Source: Phoronis australis (taxonomy: Eukaryota; Animalia; Phoronida). Taken from it: a stretch of 64,000 bases of DNA. Every line of letters starts with the position of its first letter. Position 1 is the stretch's first letter. The notes under the pieces were generated by a model. That model did no database searches, was not told the origin of the DNA, and saw only the letters and a list, made by a program, of their open reading frames with translations. This document shows positions 1 to 15,500 of the stretch, piece after piece. Made by a program: the position numbers and the translations under genes. Where the stretch lies: the NCBI GenBank assembly GCA_002633005.1, contig NMRA01000249.1:539117-603116 (forward strand), written 5' to 3'.

Positions 1-486
1 AACATGTATTTCACAAAAGTTATCATTAGTTGAGTCTTGATGCTTCAATAAAGAAATCCGGCAGTTCAATGTTTTTCTGATTTTCAATTTTGTTATAAAT
101 TATTTAATAGATGACGACTGAATCGTGTAGCTCTCTGGTGCTAAAATTCTATTTATTATCTTTTGTCATGTTTAACAGTGCTTTTCTTCTCTTTGGCTTT
201 TTTTCTGGAACATTTGCTTTTAATCTGAGAAAATCAAACATGATGATATTCTCTGCAAGGAATAAAACTATGATTAATTGAGTGACTGTGGTTCATGAGG
301 AAAGATTGTATAACATCTTTTGGGAAAAAACTGTGATTGTAACAAAAAAAGATAAAACGAGGACGTCTGCGTGATTCAAGAGCATGGTATACAAGGTGTC
401 TTTTGGTCGGGTTGATGTGCAGCAATAATGCGCCAGTGTAGTTTACCTATTACTGTTTACTCTGGAATGTTCTGTGTTGTTTGTAG

Positions 487-564
487 GAAGAAGCCAAAGC
501 CTAAAAAAGAGCCGACTTTCTCCAATGTTCCTTACTATGGAAATTCTCTGGTGGCTGAAATAAG
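487..564 (+). CDS. CCDC17: CCDC17-like exon (KKPKPKKEPTFSNVPYYGNSLVAEI)
   Basis: ttgtag acceptor, gtactg donor, in phase with next exon. Confidence 0.7.
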
Positions 565-3500
565 GTACTGATGAAGTCTACAGACATAATTAACTTGTCA
601 TGTTAGTTGTTTTTTTATTGATTTGTCGTTCCTGTAATTAGTGCTTGTGCTTTATTTTTTCTTTGGTAACAATTTTCTTTAATTTGAGACCCTTAAACTT
701 GTCTCAGACCATAAATCTATTGTCATTAGAATTTCTTTAAAATTCAGTTGCAAAGCTTTCTCAATTACTTCATTGTTTAGACTTCTCTTTTATATGAAAG
801 CTATTAAATTTAAATTAGTTATTAAATGAATTAAATAACTGAATATTTAGTATTAATCCATTAATTGTTAATGCCAGTAGAAGATAGGGTCCTGTGATAA
901 GAGCTTCAATCAGTCCCTGTTTACATGACAATTATTAGTATTTATTTTTAACATATTGGGAAGGCGCTGACCCATTGTGTTTGTTCCAGTGCCATGCGAC
1001 AGTCATATCTACAGAACGGGGGTAATGACCAAGCTGTTCTGGCACAGATGAACCAGATGTTGCATGAAGCTCAGTTGGTTGAGGCCCAGGAAAAGGACAC
1101 GAGACCGGTCAAACCCAGAGGTACAGTGATGTAGCTGGCAGTCATGTGCCTTCTTTTGTTGAAATGGTGATTGTGTGATCCTGTTGTCGTGATCTAGATT
1201 TCTGCCACCTGATTCCGAACACATCAGAATGCTTGGCTCCAGATCACCCAGGACAGTCAGTATAGGTCCTTTTTATTTCTGAATAAATTTACAGCTGGAA
1301 TTAGTTCATCAAAATGAGGGCATAGTAGGCTAAGAGTCCCGCATGGTTATCTGAATGATGCATTTATACTGGCAGGAGCTTTGTTTCTGTAGCACCATCT
1401 AGTGAAATTCGAGATGTCCATTTGTCCAAGAGAGTCAGAGGTCTTAGTAAGTTTATTTTATGGTTACATGAAATTCATACCAGCCATAAAGTCAATCAGT
1501 AATTGCCTGAAAATAAAGTTGAATAAAAATTTAGAAACCTTTTTACCAGTTGCTTCAGAGTAGAAGCAAGGACATTATAGATGAAGTGCGAAAAAGGAAA
1601 AAGTTATCAACTATTAATATCTGTTTAAAAATAGCTGCTGCAAACTTGTTCTATAGTTTGTGCCCATTTCTAACAGATGAGTTTCTGTGAAAAATAATAT
1701 TCTTGGTGTTTTTCATTTAGTAAGTCATTGGATAATCTCGCCCAAATGATGCTGGTCACTGATTGACAATAATTTCAAATTCTATCCAGCACTTACTGTG
1801 TTTCCTGTTTTCAACCAGAGTCTGTCGATGGTCTCACTCAGCAGATGTTGGCAATTGAACTAGAAAACCAGAATTTACAGAGGGAGCTACTGATGCTACA
1901 ACAGAACATGTTGCCCAGGAAACAAAATCAGGATCATGGTGAGTAATTGTGATTTATACTGTATAAGTTCTTAATATTATTAATAATTAATGATTGTCTA
2001 AAGGAGAAGTTTAAAGATATTGTACCATGAACCTCACTTTAACATAACTTTTATGGGGCACATAGAATCAGACAAATAATTATTACAATAGGTTCAGAAA
2101 ATAGTAATTAAAATTTTTGGATTCCGGAAGAACTGTGGCTTGAGGTCAGGTTTAATAATTTGACTTGACCACATTTTGTTCTTTCGTGCATTGAGCATGG
2201 TATTGAGCAATAACGGACATGTCCATCAATCTTCTAATGAAAGAAAGGAACAGCAGAACATAGAGTTCATCGAAGTGGTAGAAAACGAAAAGTTCCTTTT
2301 TTTACAAAAGGTAGTGGAGTTGCTTCATGTAATATGTCAGAACATTTTATTCTTGAAACTCAAGGTAAACAGTGCAGTGCATTCTAAGTGTCTCTGTTCT
2401 TTTCTGAATGCTGTTTGTCGATCCCGTTTTTTACACTTTCGTTTTCATTCTGAGTTTCTTCAAATATCACATGATCTCTCATTCCTATTTTCATTGGCTA
2501 AATATGTTGTCTCTGCGGACTTCAACTCTTGTCATCGTTTTTGTTATTCTGCAGATGAGGACATCGACAATGAAATAAAGAAACTTGAACGGTCACATCT
2601 ACGTAAGATGACACAGATTCAACACGAGATGGAGCTGCTGAAGCAACAGGCCATGTTGGAAAAGTTCAAGAGAGAAATTATGGGAGAGGGGAAACCGACA
2701 AAGCCGAGTGTGCCAGACAAAGTTGTGCCCACAGAGGTCAGCGATATCTCATCTCTTTAATTAATTTGTGCTTATAATAAAGTTTTGTTAGTAGAATAGT
2801 TAGACGGTGTTTACACATAAATGACACTTATCAAATTTCTTATGGGAAATCTCAAATTAAACTTAGAAGCTCTTCTCATCTCACATCACCGTGTGCTATA
2901 TTTAAGTACAAGAACCGCAAGCACAACCACATGGGCACTAATTGCATATTGTGAGTGGAAAATCTGACTAACATATTGTTTTAATTAATTTGTTCTCAGT
3001 TTCTGGTTTTGCTGCGCTTCTTGTGTTGTAAAGTGGATAAAGCACGCTACGTTTAGAAAAAGCTGCCATGCACACCTGTCCAGTTCAGCTTACACTGTAC
3101 ATTGTACACTGTGTGCTGTGGAGTGTACACTGTACAAAGTACACATACTACATTTTTGTCAAGTCCGCGTTTTAAAACAAAATGAAGGAGAAACATAATG
3201 AAGTACGTGAACTAACAGTTCACGTTTTTCAATAAATAATAGTATTAGATCCCACCAGCATTCTCTGATTGCAAGCAATACAATCATTTGGAATGAAGCC
3301 TCAGCATGGTCCCAGAGATGCAGTAAATCTTAGCTGATGGAGGCTAAGTCCAGAGGTGTTATTAGTGTTTTGGCATTGGGTAGTGTCAGGTCAAGTTTCC
3401 CCTATGAACTCTGCACTGTAGCCTCTTAAGAATTCCTATTTTGCTTGCCTCCTATTGTAGCCCACAGCCGATGTACCAGTTCTGCTGCAGAACCGTCAAA

Positions 3501-6500
3501 ATGGTCTTCAGAACCCCTATAACAACACACTGGATGTCCCACCTCAACTCAGAAATGTACCACAAGCCAACGACCTCCTACCTGCACCATATGATCCAAA
3601 GTAAAGCTCAGCTACTCACTTTATTGTTATTGACTATGTGACGTCCTTTTAGTTATCAAATGATCAATCCATTTGTCATAGGTTAAATGACTTGTACAAT
3701 AATGTTACCTTATCAGAAACTCTCTGTATTTATCCAGCTATATTCACTAGATATTAATTTGGCGTCGCCTTCATTTTGTTCAAAATCCAAAAATTAATGT
3801 CAGATCTCTTTCATTAAATGTAATGTTAACAGTATAAGGTGTGTCTGTCTGCTGAGACCTATCTGGCCCATGTTGCCCCTGGGAGACTTTGAAAAGATAC
3901 TAAAAATGTAGTCAAACTTATATTTGATCAAAATTTTGTGACTTCAGCAAGAGTTATATTGAATGACTATGTAAAAATTGTTGATGAACTTTTTGTTTTT
4001 CACTAACTGTTCAGTGCTGGATTTGTCATCTTCTACGACTTCATTGGGGGATTGGATTCATCGATCAAGTGCTGCCGTCTTGTGGCGGGGCTCTACAACA
4101 ACACCTCAGATCTGGGCGATCCCTCCGTGCTCCCCACAGTGTACACTGAACCATCTCAGATAGACAGATACCAATCGTGCAACATGGCCCTGGTTGGAGC
4201 TAAGCAACCTGTGCCTCAGTGAGTCCTGTGATAGTAATGTAACAGAGCATTCAATTTGTTCAATTGGCAGGACTACATATTTACTTATAGGCATTGTGCA
4301 ATGGAAATAATGGTTGTAAAAATGCAACATATCTGTAATTGACTATTATGACTGCTCTTGGTAGTGATAATTGCGGCTTTCATTTCTCCCTGTGTTCAGC
4401 TGACTAAAAACAAAATTGAATAATGCCCTTTACTCTGGAGTCATAAATTGATCTTGTGATAGTCTTTGCCATGGTAGGATTCCATTTCAGTGACCAAACT
4501 TAAGTCTTGGGGAATTTGTAAATGATGCCATTTTCAAATTCGCAATTTTAGGGTTGACCAACCCTGTAAATTACGAAGCATCTACCTCAATCATTGAATG
4601 GTATTTTCGATGTTCTTGTGGGTTGTGCTAAAGAATCGTATCTTGTTAAGGAATATTATGAGACCGATGAAAGCCCAATTCGATGTTGTTCAGTTCATCA
4701 AGGCAAAATGCAGCGTTATTTTAGTTAAATAAATTAACTTTATTGTCTGTCTGAAGTACTTTTATGTGAGATTTTATTTTGAATTTTCTGAGCGAAAACT
4801 GTAAATTCTTCTTGACATATCTAATCAATCTTTGAATTGTTTGCGTTCTCTGCACTGTCAAGCATTATCTAAATAAAGTACATTGTAGTAGTAGTGTAGA
4901 CGTCCATGTCAGAGCTGATGATGGCAGTTCATCGCTTAGGAACATTTTGTACACATTTGTATGGTGCTTCTGTTTTGACCCAATTAAGTCTCACGGGGAT
5001 GCTAACTTACTCTAGTCCTCCAAGCACAACCGCTGGTATAAATTTACAAAATTCTTATGATGTGATACTTATCGATTTGACCTGTCAACAGGTGCCCACC
5101 GTCCTTGGATCTCTGTATCGTTGTGGAACTCCAAGTGTCTGGTGACTCTAGCTATGACCCTAACCGCCTGGTCAGCCGTGCCTGGTGTAAGATTGACTTG
5201 TTCGACGACCACAGTCGGGTTGTCAGTGGACGATGGAGGGTGCCGTTTCGTGTTGTCCCCATCAGGGCTAGCCTACCACCCAGCCAGCTTAACAGTGTAC
5301 CTCAGGTATGCTAGTCAATAGTACTGATTAAGGCATCGTTCCCAACTGTGACCACCTGGTGTTGCATACACGCAATTCCGTTAATAGACTTTCCCAAATG
5401 GCCAGCTTACTTTCTCAAATGTGGTTTAAATTCCTGAGTAAAACGCAAGTGGCAGTTGGGCTGGTGACATGCAATTTCACTCATACACATAAACCTAAGT
5501 GTTAACATTAAGATAAGAGTTAAAAATTGTTTCACAGGCTCGACGAATTTTGGCAGTTGTGGGAATTGGTTTAAAAATGCTCTTCACTATATTCTGTCAA
5601 AGAAGTTAATATGTGAAATAAATAACATAATTATAAGGTGGTAGCTTCGTCATGTTTTACCCCACTCGTTATTGAACAAATTTTGTCGCTGAAATTAGTA
5701 TGGCGACCATCAAATAAAATGCAATGTCCACTCCCTTTCAGTATGGTATCGCTGAACTATTCTACCGTGTTGTCAACCATCGCGATGCTGCCAATCAATC
5801 TATGGTCAACATCACACCACAGAACTGTGTATTGCACCAGTACCCTCCCCAGGTAAGGGTCAACCGTATTCTGCGCAGATACCCTAACCAAATCAGGGTC
5901 AATTACTCATAACTATTTTGTTCCAGACATCTGTGTTACTCTTCAAGGGACATCTTCTTCTTTCCTACTACCAAAACACATTGTTATATTCCCACTGGTT
6001 CTTCACCAAATGTTTTTCTTAATACTTTTCCGTACCTGCGCACACAATGATCACAACTCACAAACGAGTGGTGAAGTATTATGAATTTGGAGACAGTCTC
6101 TCACTTGCTTTTGGATCAGGAAACTAACAGTTAACATGGAGCAAATAAGGACATTTTATTTTAATCAGTCGATGGCATGCGTTTATGCAGTGGATGGGAA
6201 GGAAATGTCCCTCTAGATAACGATTTGTTCAGCAATGATCATAGCCATTTTGAGGGAATATGGTTTTGTTGACCTCTGAGCGCAATGTTTGTAACTATCG
6301 GCTTTCTTTGTTAAATGAAAAAAGGTTTCTTGACTTGCAACCAGACTATTCATTTCTTTGTCAGTCAAGGCTGTTGGTAGCCACCATCTTGTCTTTTGGG
6401 CTGATATTGATGGAGGGATAATGGACGTTCTGTTTGACATGGTTTGAAATTTTTACGATTGTTCAACATTGGGAAGCTGTTAGTAATAATTGCTAGTTTT

Positions 6501-9500
6501 AACTGCACCAACTACACACCATGACTAACATCAGGAAGATATTAAATTAAAGTATGGGATTGTTGGTACTGGCCGTAGTGTTGTATTAAATGATTTAAAA
6601 ACAGCTTCAAGTAGTACAACTGTTGACCAGCAAGGTCAAGGTCTCTTGGTGGGCATATCAGAACTGTGCCTGTAATAGTTACACACAAGTTGATGTGGAA
6701 AATTGAATGTATAAAGCAATTACATTAATCATTAAAAAAAAGCTTTTTTTCTATGTTGACTTCATCACTTTCTCAAAGCTTGTGGCTGATGGCTATCTTG
6801 TAACCAAATTTAAGAATCACTCTTGACTGTATCGACATTTTTCAAAAATGTTCAAAATGTAATTTTTTTGGTGGCACTATCCCTCCGTCATAAAGAATAC
6901 TTCGTGAATATTGATTTTCTTCTCCTTTAGAATGATTTTCAACATTACAACACCTTAGAATGTCTGATATGAAGCCATCACGAGAGAATGCAACTTTGTG
7001 TCTTTTGAAAATGTTCCTTATAATGAGTGGCACCTTGAGACGTTGTAATCAGTCGTACTACTTGTCTGGCGAGTGTACAGTAGTTAACAAAAAGCACGCC
7101 TTTTAATGTGCATGAACTACAATGATTGTAAAGCAAGTTGACAGTGTTTGACTCATGATCACCTTTGCACAGTTTAACATTATGCATGTGTTACTTTCTA
7201 GCGACCTCAACAGATGGCAGGCATACATCATTATCCCCCTACCTCTCCCCCCTTCTCCCCTGCTTCCTCTTCCGCATCAGCCTCCTTCAGGTAGGGGGGG
7301 TTAGGGGACAGTCCCTGCTCTAGACAGTCCTCTCATTATCAGATACTCAAGATAAATTACTTTTATTTATTGGTCAATCATTTTCAGCGAACAAGTCCAG
7401 GGTAATATTTAGTTTTCTCTCGCTACTTTCTTTTTTATCTAATTTTCATCTTGTAATAATTATATTTTTCCAACATGCTTTAGTCACTTAGTTTGAATGT
7501 TTGGTCCTCAAAGTTATCCATTTGCTATTTCTAACTTTAAGCTGCTATACAATGAAATTAATGTTTAACTAGTAAATTAATGAATCTACTTTGAAAATTC
7601 ACACTTTCAATTTTAAGTACAGAACCGATGTAGCAATACAATACAGTATTAACCTAAGGGTGTTACAATTTATTTTTAAGCCAAGCTCATGTTAACTGAA
7701 TAGTGCCCATTGTTTTTATTTTATTTAAACATGACATACTTCTTTGTTAAAGAGAAATTTCATATATTTCATGAAAGTCTAATATCCCCAATGCTACATG
7801 ATGTGGATTTATGACTAGTCTGCTAACATAGTTTGTAAAGTTTGTTTTGTTTTGGATATTAATTGACAAAATGGCTTTAGTAATTTCAATTTGCGTGATT
7901 AAAGAAATGAGTGTAGAAAAAATCAATTTGTTATTAAAACATGAGAAATTAAATGATACACACCTAAAGTGTGTTTAGTTTTTCACTGGCTCAATAGCAG
8001 TCAAATTCAAGAAGGCCTTCTCCTTTTTGTTTCCGATCGTGCCCTCTCCTGCTAACCCCGACCCTTTCTGTCAATAACTTGACCTTTGTCATTTTTCTGA
8101 GAGGAGTGTACTGCCATATTTCTCATCAATCAGTGGTGTGTTATTCTAACCTAAGTACATTAAGGTAATTGTAACTGAGTGAATAACTACAAACCCACCT
8201 CCCGTCACAATTAAGAGTGCCTTTGATTTAGACTACAGTAACTTTGGTTTAGACTGCAGTACCTATTATTTAGATTACAGTACTGATATGAAACTCGGCT
8301 GAGTTGCTTAGATGCAAGAATCTTGCGAAGGTTAACTAAAGCAATTAACTGAGCTCATTGGCTAAAAGTTACGCTTTGCTTGTTCTACATGGTGACAATT
8401 TGTTTTTTTGTAAATTGAACGTTCTTATATCTAGGCAATGCAGGCCTGGTGTCAAACTAACGCTCCTTTCTCAAATAAGAAGTGATGCCCAATCCTGGAA
8501 AGAACGGATTGTGTTATTTGCTAAGACCAGTTTTGACCACACTGACTTGTCACGGCAGATCACTTTATGTGCCAATCATGTCAAGCAATAATGAACCTTC
8601 AGTTCTTCTCAACCCAAGAACTATTCTCTAGTCACAGTAAGGAACAAGTTGAGACAACTTGTGTTAATTATAATTATGTTAAAAGTTAGCTTCATTGACT
8701 AAAGGTGGGTGCATAGTTAGCTTTATAGCTTGACCTGGGTTGTGAGATCCCTAGTGTGGGTAGATGTGACTAATGTCTCTTTGGTTGGCTTGTAATTTTC
8801 CTCCATTTCATCCTGCAAGCTTAGCTCAGACAGTCCTACAAGTGAACAAACTGACCACTTTAAATGTTTCATCACTCAAAGTAGTTATGGCGAGATGTGA
8901 TATACTTTTTTGTAGCCATTTCTTTTTAACCGTAAAGTTCCAGGACATAGAACGTTCCTGTTCAAAGCGAGTTTCCATTTCTGTTGACGTCTGTGTACAC
9001 GTGTCTTACAAGTTTCACTCTTCATCCTCTTCACTCTCTGGTACTTAGAACAAGCACTGCTATAGTATTAAATGCTCAGCAACAAATGAATGTACTCTTC
9101 AATAAAATTTAGAACTTCAGCAGAACACTTGGAGACTCTGGCAAATTTGGATTAACTTCTTGCCAGATTTGTCTGGGAGCTTAGTTGAACTTTTGTCACA
9201 ATTATTGGCATTTTTGTTGGTCAAGTTTAATGTGACATTATTGTGCCTAGCCACTAATGGACTTGTACAGTAAGTTGTAACTGCAATTTCATCAAGATGA
9301 ATATATTAGGCAACACCTGTCGAGATTTTGGAAGATTTATCCAGAACTGAAATGGATTATAGTGTAAATTCATTTTTTTAGTCCTGGTTTTATGCCTTCT
9401 GATCCTTTGTTGAAATTCAACATTGCCCATTTTATTACTACACTGTACATTGCATGTGGTCATTGACTTGTAAGGCTTGCTATTGTTGACATGTTCCTTC

Positions 9501-12500
9501 TTAATATGTCTTTGTTGTTTTCACTAACCAGTTATTAGATGGAGTAATTATCAGTCCGTGCTTCATGTACATAAACTAATTAAGAGATATCACTTACTAA
9601 AAGAATTATGATCACTACAAGAATTTCAACAAGTTGCACCATTTTGACATGAAAGCGCCTTCTTCAGTGTGATGTGTTAAGCAGGGTAAGGTCTAAGCCA
9701 TGGTGATGGTTTCATTTCATAATTGATAATTTATAGTCATCTTTACATGATATGTGAAACTGGTAGTGAATTTTAAAGGCAACACATCACTTATTGCTAG
9801 CATTAAACAGACAGTTCAACTGTCTTTAACTAATAGGTGAGTCCTATGTACTGGAAACATGATGGAAAATTTTAAGCTGGACATGTGTTCACATGGTGAC
9901 ATGCGATTTCATTAATAGTGGCTTACGTGATTGTCATTAAAATAAAATTATGTTTTCTTTAGTTTTTGATTCAGCAAACAGCACAGTCACTGAACTTCTC
10001 TTTATGTTCATTACTTGGATTGCAGTGACTGTGACTCTGGTTTCACAGCCGTCTTGATTTATCCCAGGTTGGAACAGTTTTAACCGGATTGCTTACCAAT
10101 TATTAATAGTTCATAACTTGAATTATTAAATACTCTTCCTGAGAGTCTTAATGTTGCTCACCTCAACACCTTGTACATGTTTAGGACTACCCTCCCAGTC
10201 ATGCCCCGACAGCAGCTGACCAATGGTCAAGTGGTCAGAGAGACATCCCGTACTCTTGGCTTCCGAGTAGTCAGCATCAAGAACGCAGAGGCTGGGGAAG
10301 GGAAGATTCGTCTGACCGTGTATTCTAGAAGTACAGGCAACGTATGTTCAATGGCTTTCTTCTGGTTGTACCTAAAATTTGATTGTTCCAGTTAAATGCT
10401 TTTAGAAAGTGTCTGCCAGGAAAACGCACAGAATTTGTTGTGGTGAGATAAAGCTGAGACTCACTTATCCGTGTGTTTCTGGTTTTAGTCTCTGTTTTTT
10501 AGTTTTGGAGATAATTCAGTTGATGACACATTATCTTCACTTTTTTGTTGTTACAGATTATCCAATCAGCATCAAGTCCCATGACATGTACTACGACATA
10601 TGTGCAATCGAAATTTAAACACAATTATCACGTGTTCGGGGAACAGGAAGCCGTGTTTAACGGCGTCACTGTGACATCGGACATGATTTTAGTAGCAAGG
10701 TTTTACTTGCGCCGCGAATTAAATGAAATCAACTCAGGGAATACAGACGTTGGTGCAACTATAGACGAAAGTATTGTAGGTGATGAGGTGTTGACTGCTT
10801 GGTCAGTTATTCCATTGATGTCAAAGAATTATGGTGGTTATCGAGGTAAGGCTGCCTGATGTGATGGGACAGAGTTGGAAATCAGTGCTGGAAAACACAG
10901 TGCCTCTCTAGCTTTTTAGTGTATAGAGTCATAGGATAGTGTTGGTATTGGTTGTAACGAGTGTTACACAGTATTACTCTTTATTACACAATGATAGTTG
11001 AATGTTTTGAATGCTAGTGATGACCGGGGGCTTCGGTGTGTTCCGCTGCTCCAGTTTCTCTTCATTGTACTTTAATCCGACAGCATTGAGATATGAGTAG
11101 CCTGAACAATTGAAACATTTGATTTTTCGCCCTTTTTGTGGATGGAAACATTAGCAGTGATGATAGTGTTTCCTGTGTATACTCTATCAAGCCCCTAAGC
11201 TCGCTTTACAATCACAATAGCGTGGAGCATTCAGTCTGCATTGTTTGTAGCTCTGGTAGAATTCAGCCTTTCTGAAAACTGGTATTATTTAAACAGACAA
11301 TCTTAACATGATCTGAAAACTGAGATTGAATGAAAGATAATGAGCGGAAACTGCAGAACAGACATTCATGTGAATTCTTGTCAAACCTACAAAAAGATTT
11401 TACTACACTCTCTGTGGTTGTCAATTACTAATGTTTTTGTGGATATGTGGCGAAATGCACAGACTTTTGAATAAGATGCTACATAGGCTTAAAAATCTTA
11501 CTAGATAAATTTGAATTCGGAGTTTTGAGATAAAATTTCAAGGGTTCTTTCCAAGAAAATGAAGTTATTAAATTTTGTTTGTTTTTGACTTAAGCCTAAG
11601 CTTTGTCTCAACTTCCAAACTTTTAAACTTCCACATCTAGTAAGTTAGTCAAACTTAAGATGAAATTTAAGTAAAAAACTTTCGTCAAACTTAAGATATC
11701 TATCTCGAAACAGACTTGAGACAAATCTAAGTTTTGTCTTAAAATTGACTGAAAATAAGACACTTGTCTTAGCTAAGTCAGTTTTCTTTAAATCGGGCCC
11801 AGACCTGTATGTGACTCTTTCTAGTATGTTCAACCAGTGGCTCCTGAACAACTTGGACTGTTGACAAGTCTGACACAGCAACATAAGGGTAAAGAAACAG
11901 TTCATGTGTTGCAATTGACTGTTTATTCACCCTTACATTATACTGCATTCTAAGGGAACTGTCTACTGGCATACCTACCTGCTGCACAGTCTGTTATCAA
12001 GCTGACCTTTTTCTTTTCAAGGTGCTAAATCCAATGATCCTTCTTGGTTACAATTCAATAAAGGAACTCATTCACTCCCCCTGTATTTGCCCCCTGTTCC
12101 TGAATCGGACACTTTCCCAGAGGCCAAACAGTTCCAGTCCCGTGAGTGGAGGCGCTATCAACGCGCTACCTTACGAGTCCATTTATTCTGTGGTGATAGT
12201 CCTTCAAGGTCCCTCACCCCTAGTGAGGCATCTAGCGAAGATGAGGACATCTTTCCAGAGGTGAGTGAACTATATGTCAACTGTCTATTGGTAATTCCAT
12301 TTTCAGTGAAGCTTTGCCTCTGTCTAAAGCAGCTTACTGATTGCACATCCCTTTGTGAGATGTGATATGAAGCATTATGTGTTGTTTTTATGATTTGTTT
12401 TATTTGAATGAACTTCAGCCCTGTTATTTATAGCCCTCTTGATAAGTAGGCCATTCAAGACCCAATATAACTGTGTTTCTATTACTTTCACAGGGGGTCA

Positions 12501-15500
12501 ATGGCATGTCCATGAAGTTTCTAAACAATGACGCAATTTCTTCTCATCGATAATCAGATATGTTTAACATTTAATAGATAATGTCCAACTGATTTGAGTA
12601 TTATTTTTTGTGTCTGGCTTCCTTCAAGGAAGTAAGAAAAAATTCAGTGAGGTTCATGGACCTCTTTGATGATTTTCATGAAAGCTGATTGATACAACTT
12701 TAAATTTCAGAATTCCTGGATATCATTTTCTCGCCGCATTCACCCAGAGAACCCGTATGAGAACCAAGGCTTTGATCTCTACATAGATGGCGCTAGGTAC
12801 CTTCCCGATACAGTGACAATTACCAGGGTGGGTTTTGCCACATATATGATACTTTTTTCATTTTCTGTACCAATTAGTTAATCCTCCTTTTGTCAGTTTC
12901 TTGGTGGTTTTTATTTTAAAACCTTTGCCATAAAGTACATGAAATAGAAACATAAAATGTCATTTTGTGCTATGACTAGACTTTGACTGAGACGCTAACA
13001 TCCTTATTTGTTCTGCCTCTAGGTAGCAGCACGGTTCCTTAACCGGCACTACGTCATGTATGGGGAGAACATGGTAACAGGAGTCGACCCCGATAGTTTA
13101 ATATTCCACCCTGCGTATAACTACAAACATGAAGTGCGATACACAGTACCACCTACCGCAACCCTTGTACTTAAAGTAAGTTGAAGTGTTTTGGTATTAG
13201 CTGTGGATTCTTGTCGCCTAGGAAATTTCTGTTCGACTCAAATTCAAAAGGATGCAATTTGGGGGCTTTTTCGGATCATGTCGACATTTCAGAGTTCTGC
13301 TGCAAAGAAATTCTGAGCAAGCCACCATAAGTTATCAAGGTCAGAACTGGAGAAATGGTTTTAATTTACCAAGTATTGTGAATCGAATGTGACACTTTGC
13401 TTTGATCGAGTTTTAATGGATGACACTGCATTTGTTTCTGTCTGGAAAATTATTGACGCAAGTTTAGCAAAATGCTTTCTTGGGTAGCTTTGAAAACTAA
13501 CTATAGGATGCATGCTGTCTAATGCAATCACCAGTCTTGGAATTTGTGAAAACATTCACTCTGTAGTAAAGGATAAGAAATTGCAAGAAATTTACTTTAT
13601 CTTAAATTGATACACCATTCTGATTGTCGGCTGTTTTCCAATGCTTAATTATTACACCCTACATACTATGTTACATTAATTATTACAGCCTACATACTAT
13701 GTTACATTAATTATTAAATTAATTTGCTGTATTGTAGGTTTACACTATTGACAAATTCACCAAGACACTTGCCGTGGTAGGGTATGGGTTGCTGAATGTG
13801 TTCATTGAGGCTGGCACAGGAAAGGAGTTACCCACAACGTACAAGGAGGGTATTGAGGTAAGATTGATGTCCAGCTCTGCTAAGTATTTTAAAGTAATTA
13901 CCAAGAATTTTTATACGCATTAGAAATCTATGATGATTCTTTGATAATTATATTCCAAATACAGAAAAAACAATACAGTTGAGATCTAACCAGGATAAAA
14001 GATTTCGTCAGAGTAAGATGAAATGCGAAATCCTAGAATTATGAAACTTTTTCATTTTTTTGCCCCTTTAACTGATCGTAATTTCACACTGAGCTAATAT
14101 GTTGTTTCAAGCCATGGGTAAAAGGGTGCTTAAACTGGACAGCATGACCTTTTCATATGGTACTCAAGATGGTTAAAGTTTAGTTTTTGTGGATTCATCT
14201 GAAGGCCTTTTATTACCTTTGCATTCATTTGTTATTGTGCGAATTTTCTTCATTTGCGTAGCTCAGTTCTAAAGCATGTGGATACGATTCTAATGAAGTC
14301 TTGTGAAACAATATGTTTCTTGCTTGTGATTTGTGTGGTTATTAGGGAGACTGGGGTAAAGGCAATCTGTGCGCACTGTCAAAAAGTTTGTAAACTGTTG
14401 TCATCTTGACAGAGTAATTTCTTGTGTCTTATGGCTTTGAACACCTTTATCAAAATTTCATCTTTAACCCATAGGTGGCTCTTAATGAAGGTGCCCATCA
14501 AGTGCGGCTTTACAGCGAGGGTCCCAATGGCCTTGACCCTCTTCATCAGACTATTCTGAAAGAGACTGGCATTCGTCACGTTCCCTGTGCTTCCGTTCTC
14601 ATAAGGATTGTGCCTGCAGTGCTGGATGACAATGGTGAACCATTACAGGTACATTGTGAAACACTGTCTGGTGGACGTAAACCTCAAACAGCTGCACTTT
14701 ACAAGGAAGGTCCGAACAAGGGCAATATGCACTTAATACTTAACTTGTTTTAGTTGTTAATTGCTTTTGTGTTGTTGATGACTGACCCATCAAAAGCCTT
14801 GGTAATATAAAATTATATAACTTAGGTGTTTTAAAACAAGAGGTTTGATTTTTTGCTCTGAAATCGGGAGTCTTTTCAGACAGTCATATTTTTTTTACTT
14901 CATGGAGAAAAAATTATGCAAAACTTCACCTCACCCTATGGCTTTTTGATTGCGGGTGTTTTACCATGAAAACATTAATATGTACTGTATGGAAAAGTTG
15001 CGTGGGAGGGCGTACAGTATACACTAATCTTGAGTTTTATTAAATTCCATTGATTTCTAGAAATTAGTTTGCCATTGTGATGTTTCATAAGTCCTGCTCC
15101 TTCCATACCACTTGAATTACAAGTAATGGTGAGAGCTGTGATCAACAGATGAAGTAGTTCCTTTAATAAATTTATCACAGCAAAAACTGATTACCATTAC
15201 GCATAAAGTGTGATTTTCTGTGAGTATGAAGTGTGTTAGTTCAAGACAGCAGTCCATGAATTGTGCTCTGCAACATGTCACATTTCTCATGTCATTGAAT
15301 TGACTTCAGGTAATTATTTTAATCCTTAAAATAACAGTCCAACAAAAATATTTTGAAGACCATCTTGAAATCAACAGAAAGTGAGTGTCAGTCAAACTGG
15401 GGCATGATGGGAAATACGTACACTGAAAATGAGAGTGTAAGTCATATTGAGGCATGATGAGCAATACACTAAAGCGCATAAACGAACAAATCACCGATAT

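Noticed and set aside
2176-2554. N-terminal part of the 194-aa ORF 2176..2760
   Set aside because: Intronic read-through; only 2555-2736 is bounded by splice sites and fits the gene model.
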